Below are positions 56,551 through 64,000 of a stretch of 64,000 nucleotides of DNA, in pieces. The notes below the pieces were generated by a model. The model ran no database searches. It was not told where the DNA came from and saw only the letters and a program-made list of their open reading frames with translations. Source of the DNA: Candidatus Binatia bacterium (GTDB lineage Bacteria > Desulfobacterota > Binatia > DP-6); contig DATGIZ010000035.1 of the NCBI GenBank assembly GCA_035295465.1, positions 74,677 through 138,676 of the forward strand, read 5' to 3'. Within the stretch, counting starts at the first letter, position 1. Every line of letters starts with the position of its first letter. Both the position numbers and the translations under genes were made by a program.

Positions 56551-57183
56551 TCAGCCGCGTGCCCGGGCGGCCGCCGCGAGCCGCATCCGCACCGCGAGGC
56601 CGAGGCGCACGAGGAGCAGCGCGGCCAGGACGAGCGCGTAGATCGCCGGCTCGCGAACGTCCTTCTTCACGCGCCACACGAAGTGGACGACCCCGAGAGC
56701 GGGGGCGACGTAGGCGAGGCGGTGGATCCGCTTCCAGCGCGCGTAGCCGAGGCGGCGCACGGCGGCGTCGGTCGAGGTGGCGGCGAGCGGCACGAGGAGC
56801 AGGAAGGCGGCGAAGCCGACGAAGATGAACCGCCGCTTGCTCAGGTCCTCCCAGATCGCCCGCCAGTCGAAGACCTGGTCGAGACCGACGTACGTGCTCA
56901 CGTGCAGCGCGGCGTAGCCGAAGGCGAGCAGCCCGAGCTGGCGGCGGATGCGCATCGGCCAGGTCCAGCCGACGAGCGCGCGCAGCGGCGTGCAGGCGAG
57001 CGCCAGCAGGAGGAAGACGAGCGCGAGGAGCCCGATCTCGTTGAGCGCCTCGGCGATGGGGTTGGCGCCGAGCGTGCCCGCGCCGGCGCGCCAGCCGATG
57101 GCGGCGAGCGGCACGAGCGCTCCCGTCAGCACCGCGGGCCCGAGCCAAGGGAGCGGCCGGCGGCGGCGCGCCGTCAGAAGTAC
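56551..57183 (-). CDS. msrQ: protein-methionine-sulfoxide reductase heme-binding subunit MsrQ (start codon uncertain)
   Basis: Aligns with E. coli MsrQ from LTAR...[10 protein letters not shown] onward; no canonical start codon at the expected N-terminus (GTA/CTT/CTG). Confidence 0.7.
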   Translation of the reverse strand, partial: VLLTARRRRPLPWLGPAVLTGALVPLAAIGWRAGAGTLGANPIAEALNEIGLLALVFLLLALACTPLRALVGWTWPMRIRRQLGLLAFGYAALHVSTYVGLDQVFDWRAIWEDLSKRRFIFVGFAAFLLLVPLAATSTDAAVRRLGYARWKRIHRLAYVAPALGVVHFVWRVKKDVREPAIYALVLAALLLVRLGLAVRMRLAAAARARG

Positions 57184-58157
57184 GTCCGCAGGTCCATGCC
57201 GGCGTAGAGCCCGGCGACCTGCTCGCCGTAGCCGTTGAACGGCAGGGTGGGCCGCCGGCCGATCTCTCCGATGCGCCGCTCGGTCTTCTGGCTCCAGCGC
57301 GGGTGATCGACCGCGGGGTTCACGTTCGCGTAGAAGCCGTACTCGTTCGGCGCGGCGAGGCTCCAGGTCGTCGGCGGCTGCCGTTCGACGAGCCGCATCT
57401 TCACGATCGACTTGATGCCCTTGAAGCCGTACTTCCACGGCACCACGAGCCGCAGCGGCGCGCCGTTCTGGTTCGGCAGCACCTTCCCGTAGAGCCCAAC
57501 GGCGAGGATCGTGAGCGGGTGCATCGCCTCGTCGAGACGCAGCCCCTCCACGTACGGCCAGTCGAGCACGGGCCGGCGCTGCCCGGGCATCTGCTCGGGA
57601 TCGTAGAGCGTGGTGAAGGCGACGTACTTGGCACGCGACGTGGGCTCCGCCCGCCGCAGCAGCGCGCCGAGCGGAAACCCGATCCACGGGATCACCATCG
57701 ACCAGGCCTCCACGCAGCGCATGCGGTAGACCCGCTCCTCGAGCGGGAACCAGTGCAGGAGCTGATCGACGTCGGCGACGAGGGGCTTCGCCACCTCGCC
57801 CTCGACGCTCACCGTCCACGGCCGCGGGCGCAGCCGGCCCGCGTAGGCCGCCGGATCGTCCTTCCCCGTGCCGAACTCGTAGAAGTTGTTGTACGTGGTG
57901 ACGTCTCGCCACGGGGTCGGGGGCTCGTCGGTGCCGAGCGGGCTCCGGCCCGTCACGGCCAGGTCGGGCGTGGTCGCGGTGCCGGCGCGCGGCGCGCCTC
58001 CCTCGGCGGCCGTGCGGTCGCGCGCGCGCCCGCCGCCGACGAGCCAGAGGAGTCCGCCGCCAAGCCCGGCGCTGGTCGCGACGAACAGCCCCGCGTCACG
58101 CAAGAACTCGCGGCGCCGGAGGTAGAGCGGCTCCGGGGTGACCTCCAGCTTCTCCAT
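57174..58157 (-). CDS. msrP: protein-methionine-sulfoxide reductase catalytic subunit MsrP (molybdopterin, Tat-exported)
   Basis: Tat motif RRREFL; near-collinear match to E. coli MsrP ([31 protein letters not shown]). Confidence 0.9.
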   Translation of the reverse strand: MEKLEVTPEPLYLRRREFLRDAGLFVATSAGLGGGLLWLVGGGRARDRTAAEGGAPRAGTATTPDLAVTGRSPLGTDEPPTPWRDVTTYNNFYEFGTGKDDPAAYAGRLRPRPWTVSVEGEVAKPLVADVDQLLHWFPLEERVYRMRCVEAWSMVIPWIGFPLGALLRRAEPTSRAKYVAFTTLYDPEQMPGQRRPVLDWPYVEGLRLDEAMHPLTILAVGLYGKVLPNQNGAPLRLVVPWKYGFKGIKSIVKMRLVERQPPTTWSLAAPNEYGFYANVNPAVDHPRWSQKTERRIGEIGRRPTLPFNGYGEQVAGLYAGMDLRTYF

Positions 58158-58224
58158 CCGCTCGCCTCTTTGGATGCGCGCCCGAGCGCGAGGTGTCAAC
58201 GGGGCGCGCGCCGCAGGCCGGCTC

Positions 58225-59142
58225 TCAGGTCGTGTGGTGCCGCGCCCGCTGCCGAGGCCGCCGGCGCGAGGCCACCTGCCGGCCGGGCGCCTCGATCCGC
58301 CGCGCGAGCGTGAGGACCGTGTCGACGTACGCCTCGGAGCGGTTGTACTCCCACAGCACGCCGCGCCGCGCCGACGTCCCGAGGTCGGGACGCCAGCCGT
58401 GCTGCACGAGGAAGTTCGCGCAGGAGGCGGCCGCGTCGAAGTCGTCGAACAGGCTCACGCGCCCGTCGCCGTCGCCGTCCACTCCCGCCTCGAGGTAGTT
58501 CCTCGGCAGGAACTGCGGGTAGCCGAACGCCCCGGCCTCCGAGCCGCGGAGATCGAGCGGGTCGAGGCCGAGCCGATCGGCCATCGTGAACGTCGCGCGC
58601 ACCTCGGGATAGAAGGTCTCCTCCAGGTAGCGCGCGCGCTCGGCGACGCGCCCGGGCTCCACCGTGTCGCGCAGGCGCGCGAGGTTCTCGGCGAGGTTTT
58701 GCGGGTCGTTCGCCATCGCGAGGCGCGCGAGCCGGTAGAGCACGACGCTCGACCCGGTGCTCCGCCCGCATGCGCTCTCGACCGTCATGATCGCCGCGAG
58801 CACGCTCGCCGGCACGCCCCGCGCGGCCGCGGCCTCGAAGGCGTCGGCGTGCAGCGAAAGGCAGCGGCGCGCGGCGGCTACGCCGGCGGGACGCAGGAAG
58901 CCACGGTAGCGGGAGGCCGGCTCGCGCGGCGTGCGACCGGAGAACTCGAGGCCGGTGAAGGGCGGCATGCGCGGGTCGGCGAAGACGCGTTCCGCCCGCT
59001 CGCGCGCGACCCCGTCCGCCACCAGCCGGTCGATCAGCGGTCCCCAGCCCTTGTCCGCGCCGGCCCCGGCGTGCGCGGCGGGCGGCGCCCCGAGAAGGAG
59101 GCAGAGGGCGAGGCAGCGGGGGGCGCGAAGCATGGCGCTCAT
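58225..59142 (-). CDS. lytic murein transglycosylase (MltB family)
   Basis: Signal peptide; MltB-like motifs [10 protein letters not shown] and [10 protein letters not shown]. Confidence 0.78.
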   Translation of the reverse strand: MSAMLRAPRCLALCLLLGAPPAAHAGAGADKGWGPLIDRLVADGVARERAERVFADPRMPPFTGLEFSGRTPREPASRYRGFLRPAGVAAARRCLSLHADAFEAAAARGVPASVLAAIMTVESACGRSTGSSVVLYRLARLAMANDPQNLAENLARLRDTVEPGRVAERARYLEETFYPEVRATFTMADRLGLDPLDLRGSEAGAFGYPQFLPRNYLEAGVDGDGDGRVSLFDDFDAAASCANFLVQHGWRPDLGTSARRGVLWEYNRSEAYVDTVLTLARRIEAPGRQVASRRRPRQRARHHTT

Positions 59143-59244
59143 CGTCTTCTCGGCAGGTGGCCGAGACGACTTGAGCCGTAGCACGCCGGCCGCGCCGTGA
59201 CCATGGCTTGCGAGCACAGCGTTCGCCGGTGCACTCTAGAACCG

Positions 59245-60363
59245 ATGCGCCAGCCGCCGCTCGGCGACACCGGATCGACGGGTGCCCTGCGCTTCTTCGG
59301 CATCCCGGTGCGGTTCCACTTCACGTTCGTGCTGCTGTTCACCTTTTTGGTGGTGGCCGGCTCGGGCGAGCGGCAGTCGCCGGCCATGACCGCCGTCTAC
59401 GTCGTGGCGCTGATCGCCTCCGTGCTGCTGCACGAGCTCGGCCACGCCGCGACGGCGCGCGCCTTCGGCATCCGGACCGTCGAGATCGTGATGTACCCGA
59501 TCGGCGGCCTCTCGCGCCTCGATCGCCGGCCCCGGCCGCGCGAGGAGCTGTGGATCGCGCTCGCCGGGCCGGCGGCGAACGTGGCGCTCGCCGGCGCGAT
59601 CCTCGCGCGGCTCGCCGTCCGCGGACGGCTCCTGCCGCCCGCCGCGCTCCTCGACGCCACCGACGCCAACCTCCCCGAGCGGCTCGCGATCGGCAATCTC
59701 CTCCTGGGCGCGTTCAACCTGCTGCCGGCGTACCCCATGGACGGCGGCCGGGTGCTGCGCGCGCTGCTCGCGCTCTTCCGGCCCGAGGAGGAGGCGACGC
59801 GGCTCGCGGCGGCCGCCGGCCGCGCGCTCGCCGTCGCCTTGGGTCTCGCGGGCCTGCTGGCGGGCAGCTTCCTCTTGGTGTTCGTCGCGCTCTTCGTCTA
59901 CCTCGGCGCAACGCAGGAGGCCGCGGTCGCCCGCGGGCGGGCCCTCACCGCAGGCGCGACCGTGCGGGCGGCAATGATCACCGACCTGCGCACGCTCTCC
60001 CACGGGCAGACGCTCCGCGCCGCGGGCGACCTGCTGCTCTCGAGCTCGCAGCAGGACTTTCCGGTGGTCCACGGCGGCCGCGTGGTCGGGCTCCTCACGC
60101 GCGCGGCGCTCCTGCGTGCCACGCTCGCCGAGGGGCCCGATGCCTACGTCGCCGGGGTGATGGAGCGCGACTTCCCGCGGGCGCATCCCGACGATGACCT
60201 CTGGCAGGCGACCGCCGCGATGCGCGGCCCCGGGGCATGCGTGCTGGTCATGGACGGCGACGCGCTCGTCGGCATGCTCACCAGCGAGAACGTCACGGAG
60301 TTCCTGCTCCTGCGCCAGGTGCGCGCGACGCACGACGCGCTCGCCGCACGCGCGAGCGCCTGA
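59245..60363 (+). CDS. site-2 protease family (M50) zinc metalloprotease with tandem CBS domains
   Basis: HELGH in a TM helix; NLLPAYPMDGGR; a C-terminal CBS pair. Confidence 0.8.
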   Translation: MRQPPLGDTGSTGALRFFGIPVRFHFTFVLLFTFLVVAGSGERQSPAMTAVYVVALIASVLLHELGHAATARAFGIRTVEIVMYPIGGLSRLDRRPRPREELWIALAGPAANVALAGAILARLAVRGRLLPPAALLDATDANLPERLAIGNLLLGAFNLLPAYPMDGGRVLRALLALFRPEEEATRLAAAAGRALAVALGLAGLLAGSFLLVFVALFVYLGATQEAAVARGRALTAGATVRAAMITDLRTLSHGQTLRAAGDLLLSSSQQDFPVVHGGRVVGLLTRAALLRATLAEGPDAYVAGVMERDFPRAHPDDDLWQATAAMRGPGACVLVMDGDALVGMLTSENVTEFLLLRQVRATHDALAARASA

Positions 60364-60577
60364 GGCGGCACACCCGCGGGCCCGGTCCGGCACACGCCGC
60401 CCGTGCCGCCGCGCGTTTGCCGGCGAAGACCGGCGTTGGCCCGGGCCTTGCTCCCGCACTCGGGTGGCCCGGGAGGGCCGGGAGACGCAAGCCACAGATT
60501 GCTCCCGGCTCTCTCGCGGCCGTCGCCACCGGCGCGGGCGTGACGGCGCCGGGCGAAGGTGCTACTCAGGGACGCCC

Positions 60578-60772
60578 ATGACCCGCGAGACCAGCGACTG
60601 GCCGGTCGCCATCCATCACTGCGACGGCAGGGGCGTCGTGATGCTGCGCTTCAAGGGCGCGGCGCGCGACGGCAGCCGGGTGGCGTGCCCGCACTGCGCC
60701 ACCCTGATCGTCTACCGCAAGCCGCGGGCAGCCGGGCGCGGGCAGGAGCAGGGCCCACGCAGCCACTTCTGA
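60578..60772 (+). CDS. small zinc-ribbon-like protein
   Basis: HHCDG...CPHC four-ligand pattern in 64 aa. Confidence 0.3.
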   Translation: MTRETSDWPVAIHHCDGRGVVMLRFKGAARDGSRVACPHCATLIVYRKPRAAGRGQEQGPRSHF

Positions 60773-60786
60773 TCCCGGGGGCCGCG

Positions 60787-61347
60787 ATGCTGGCGGCGCT
60801 GGCGTCCGCAGCGGCGCCCGCGGTGAGCGTGCTCGAGCTCCGTGTCGCGGCGCCCGGCGCGCAGATCCGCCGCCTCGACGACGTCGTGCACGGAGCGACC
60901 GCGCTGGTGGCGATGGCGGCGAGCTCCTGCCCGCCGTGCCGCGCCGAGGTTCCCGTGCTCGCGCGTGCCGCGCGGCGCTGGCGGAGCGCCGGGCTGCGCG
61001 TGCTCGCGGTGATCGTGGACGTCGAGGACGCGGAGGGTCTGCGGTCGCTCGCGCGCGCCTGGGGCATCGACTACGAGGTCTACGCGGTCGCCCCCGGCCA
61101 GGAGGGCGACCTCGAGGCGCTGCTCGCCCGCGGCGTCCCGGCCGCATTCCTGGTGAAGGACGGCGTGGTGACGCGCCACGATCGTTTTCTCTCCGACACG
61201 GACTTGGACGCGCTGGTCGCGCCCCTCTTGGGACCGCCGCCGGGGGAGCGGGCTTTGCCGGGGCCCGAGCCCGCGCGGGCGCGTCACACCCGCAGGAGCA
61301 CGCCCGTCGCCGGCTCGCCCGTGGCACGCGCGATCGCGCCGGCGTAG
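60787..61347 (+). CDS. TlpA-like thioredoxin-fold thiol-disulfide oxidoreductase (C-terminal extent uncertain)
   Basis: SCPPC CxxC motif in a redoxin context; the 3' end overlaps the convergent helicase gene, so the true stop may be earlier. Confidence 0.55.
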   Translation: MLAALASAAAPAVSVLELRVAAPGAQIRRLDDVVHGATALVAMAASSCPPCRAEVPVLARAARRWRSAGLRVLAVIVDVEDAEGLRSLARAWGIDYEVYAVAPGQEGDLEALLARGVPAAFLVKDGVVTRHDRFLSDTDLDALVAPLLGPPPGERALPGPEPARARHTRRSTPVAGSPVARAIAPA

Positions 61348-64000
61348 AGCGCGACCTGTCGGCGGTAGTCGGCGAGCCGCGCGCCGAGCTCGACGTCGGT
61401 CTTGAAGTCCACGACCGTCCAGCGCGGCGGCGGGCCTTCCTCGCGAAAGGCCACGTCGACCACGCCCTCGACGAGCGTTCCGTCGTCGAGCCCGAGCGCG
61501 ACCGGCGCCTCGCGCCGGCACCGGCCGGCCGCCGCGGCGCGACGCAGCAGCGGGTGCGCGAGCGCGCGCACGACCGCCTCGGCTGCCGCCGCAACCTCCG
61601 CCTCCGACGCGCCCAGCACCCGTCCCGCGAGCGCGGCGGCGGCGGCGACCGCCGGCGCCGCGGCGTCGAGCGCCACCGTCGCCAGCAGCGCGTGCACGAG
61701 GGTGCCGAAGCGCAGCCCGTGCGGGCGGCCCGCGGTCACCGCCACCTCCTCGACACCGACCCCGCCGGCCGCCGCGCCGCCCGCCGCGGCGTGCTCGGTC
61801 GCGGTGACCACGCAGAGGCTCGGCGTGCCCGCCCGCGCACGCACAGAGGCGCGCTCGGCCTGCCACGCGGCCTGCGCCCGGGCGCCGTCCTCCGAGCGCA
61901 CGCCGCCCTCGTCGACCTCGAGCAGGCGCTGCTGGCGCAGCCCGACCGACTCCTGCACGCCGAGCCGCAGCAGGCCGGGGTCCCACCACACGACCCGGTG
62001 CGCCCCCACCGCGGGTCGGTGCAGCCCGGGGACGACGGCGCCGTCGGGGCGCGCGACCCGCTCGGGCCGTGCGAGCACCGTGTCGTCGCCGAGCGGCGGG
62101 CAGCCCGGCGGCGCGGGCGACTCGGGCAGCCGCGCCCGCTCCGGCTCGGGATGAACGCTCGGGTCGAGCGCCGCGAGCCAGCCGGGCAGGCGGCCGTCGC
62201 CGACCACCGGCACGACGAGGAGGTCGCGCGCGCGCGTGGCGGCTACGTAGAGCACGCGCACGGCCTCCTCGCCTTCCCGCACGAGCTCCTCGGCCTCGTG
62301 CGCGAGGAGATCGGGCGGCGCGCAGCCGGCGAGCCGCATGGCGCAAAGCCCGCGCTCCGCGTCCACCCAGCGCGCCGGCCGCGCGGGCACCTCGCGCGCG
62401 GTCGGGTCGGCGAGCACCACCACCGGGAACTCGAGCCCCTTCGCGCGGTGCACGGTCATGAGGCGCACGCCCTCGACGCCCTCCTCGACGATCGGCGCCT
62501 CGCTCGCCTCGTTGCGCTCGGCCTCCTCGGCGAGCCGCTCGACGAAGGCGCGGAAGGAGGTCGTCGCGCGCCGCTCGGCACGGCGGGCGAGGTCGAGCAG
62601 CCGGCCGACGTTGGCGAGCGCCTGCTCGCCGGTCGGCCAGATCGCAAGCCCGGCGTGGGCGCGAGTGGCGTCGAGCAACCGCGCGATCGTATCGGCGAAG
62701 GGCCGGTGGTTGCGCCCGCGGTGGAGATCGGCGAGCAGTCCGAGCGCTTCGCCCACCGCACCCAGCGGCTCGGGAAGGTCGGCGGGGAGCCGGCGGAAGG
62801 GGTGCAACGAGCCGACCTCGGTGCGGAAGCTGAGCAGCGCCCCGTCGTCGAGGGCGAACAGCGGACCGCGCAGCGTGGCGAAGACCATCAGCTCGTCCTC
62901 GGGGCGCTCGATCGCTCGCAGCGCGTTGCGCAGCGCCTCGATCTCCTCGCGCGCGTGGAACGCGCCGCCGCCCACGAGCACGTGCGGCAGGCGCCGGGCC
63001 TCGAGCGCGCGCACGTAGGGACGGGTCACGTCGGTCCGCCACGAGCGGAAGCGGCGGAAGAGGATGCACACGTGCCGCGGCGCGAGCGGCACGCGGTCGG
63101 CCGGGCGCTCGCGCTCGGTCACGGTCCAGCCGCTCTCGCGCGCGAGCCACTCGACGAACGCGCCGACGGCGTCGGGAAGCGACTCCTCGATCGCCGCGTC
63201 GGTGATCCGGCCGAAGGCGCCGTAGGGCGCGGGCACCGGAAGGGCGACGAGCGCGGGCTGGGTGGAGACGGCGGCGCGGCAGGGCGCGAGCGGGACGTAG
63301 CCCGCCTGGCTCGGCGACTCCCCGCGCAGACGGGGCGCGAAGGCCGCGTTCACCGCCTCCTGGAGGTCGGGCACCGCGCGAAAGCTCACCGTGAGGCGCA
63401 CGAGCCCCGCACCCGCGGCGAGGAGCTGGCGGGTGACGGCCCCGTAGAGCGCCACGTCCGCGCGCCGGAAGCGGTAGATCGACTGCTTGGGGTCCCCGAC
63501 CAGGAAGAGCTTCCCGGGCACCGGGCGCACCCGGCGCCAGTCGCGCTCGGCGGGATCGTCGGCCGCGAGCAGCAGCAGCAGCTCGACCTGGAGCGGGTCC
63601 GTATCCTGGAACTCGTCGACGAAGAGGTGGCTGAAGCGCGCCTGCAGCTCGCGGCGCACCGCGGGATCGTCCCGCACGAGATCGCGCGCGCGCAGCAGCA
63701 GGTCGAGGAAGTCGAGGCAGCCCGCGCGCGCCTTCGAGCTTTCGTACGCCTCGACGACCTCCCACAGCGTGGCGCGCAGCCGCGGCGCCAGGTCGGCGTC
63801 GGAGGCGCGCGCGAACGCCTGGAGCCGCGCGCCGAGCGCGTCGCGCCGCGCGCGCAGCGCGGGCTTGCCCGGCCACGCCCGCCACCCGCTCCAGGCCCAG
63901 TGTCGGGCGCGCGAGAAGCCGGCGAGGGCGGCCTCGAGCCCGTCCGGGTCCTCGCCGCGCACGGCTTCCCGCCGGCGCTCCTCGCCGGCGAACCGCGCGA
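61284..64000 (-). CDS. UvrD/AddA-type ATP-dependent helicase with a C-terminal PD-(D/E)XK nuclease domain (partial; N-terminus beyond the window)
   Basis: Helicase motifs FVDEFQDTD, GDPKQSIYRFRRAD and TVHRAKGLEF; nuclease motif VDFKTD...Y..Q..LYA at the C-terminus. Confidence 0.85.
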   Translation of the reverse strand, partial: ARFAGEERRREAVRGEDPDGLEAALAGFSRARHWAWSGWRAWPGKPALRARRDALGARLQAFARASDADLAPRLRATLWEVVEAYESSKARAGCLDFLDLLLRARDLVRDDPAVRRELQARFSHLFVDEFQDTDPLQVELLLLLAADDPAERDWRRVRPVPGKLFLVGDPKQSIYRFRRADVALYGAVTRQLLAAGAGLVRLTVSFRAVPDLQEAVNAAFAPRLRGESPSQAGYVPLAPCRAAVSTQPALVALPVPAPYGAFGRITDAAIEESLPDAVGAFVEWLARESGWTVTERERPADRVPLAPRHVCILFRRFRSWRTDVTRPYVRALEARRLPHVLVGGGAFHAREEIEALRNALRAIERPEDELMVFATLRGPLFALDDGALLSFRTEVGSLHPFRRLPADLPEPLGAVGEALGLLADLHRGRNHRPFADTIARLLDATRAHAGLAIWPTGEQALANVGRLLDLARRAERRATTSFRAFVERLAEEAERNEASEAPIVEEGVEGVRLMTVHRAKGLEFPVVVLADPTAREVPARPARWVDAERGLCAMRLAGCAPPDLLAHEAEELVREGEEAVRVLYVAATRARDLLVVPVVGDGRLPGWLAALDPSVHPEPERARLPESPAPPGCPPLGDDTVLARPERVARPDGAVVPGLHRPAVGAHRVVWWDPGLLRLGVQESVGLRQQRLLEVDEGGVRSEDGARAQAAWQAERASVRARAGTPSLCVVTATEHAAAGGAAAGGVGVEEVAVTAGRPHGLRFGTLVHALLATVALDAAAPAVAAAAALAGRVLGASEAEVAAAAEAVVRALAHPLLRRAAAAGRCRREAPVALGLDDGTLVEGVVDVAFREEGPPPRWTVVDFKTDVELGARLADYRRQVALYAGAIARATGEPATGVLLRV

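Noticed and set aside
60712-63885. 1057-aa minus-strand ORF
   Set aside because: An Arg-rich alternative frame of the UvrD/AddA helicase-nuclease gene (61284-end). It has no domain signatures.
1-64000. CRISPR arrays, rRNA genes and recognisable insertion sequences
   Set aside because: None was found by eye. No regularly spaced direct repeats with unique spacers, no rRNA-like conserved blocks, and no intact transposase genes.

Overview
The window is a high-GC (about 70%) bacterial chromosomal segment. All calls rest on reading the six-frame translations and the DNA by eye; no searches were run.

Three things dominate the window.

(1) An integrative genomic island of about 19.5 kb sits in a tRNA-Leu(UAA) gene. 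It is bounded by about 54-nt direct repeats of the tRNA 3' half, at 3664-3719 and 23135-23190. Its backbone is a tyrosine integrase next to the intact tRNA, two small HTH/RHH proteins, a PrimPol plus DUF3987 replication pair and an XRE regulator. The cargo has lower GC and looks defence-like: an ECF sigma / anti-sigma-trypsin fusion / secreted TPR-CHAT protease module, four small secreted proteins, a Panacea (DUF4065) antitoxin with a membrane toxin candidate, and a dCMP-deaminase-domain protein resembling anti-phage dCTP deaminases.

(2) A selC (tRNA-Sec) gene is followed by an AT-richer spacer and two unusual secreted Cys-repeat / Gly-rich proteins.

(3) A long minus-strand operon joins an RND efflux pump (OMP-MFP-RND), a phosphofructokinase and an Mla-like lipid transporter (STAS-MlaE, MlaF, MlaD, DUF330 lipoprotein). 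The start and stop codons overlap at both phosphofructokinase junctions.

Housekeeping and accessory genes fill the rest: GMC oxidoreductase with a small subunit, SDR, GNAT, LLM oxidoreductase, FAD oxidase, LOG, RlmJ, enoyl-CoA hydratase, MsrA, MsrPQ, an MltB-like transglycosylase, a site-2 protease and two further ECF sigma / anti-sigma pairs. No CRISPR array or rRNA was seen. Many long Arg/Ala-rich ORFs in the track are alternative-frame artefacts of the high GC content.
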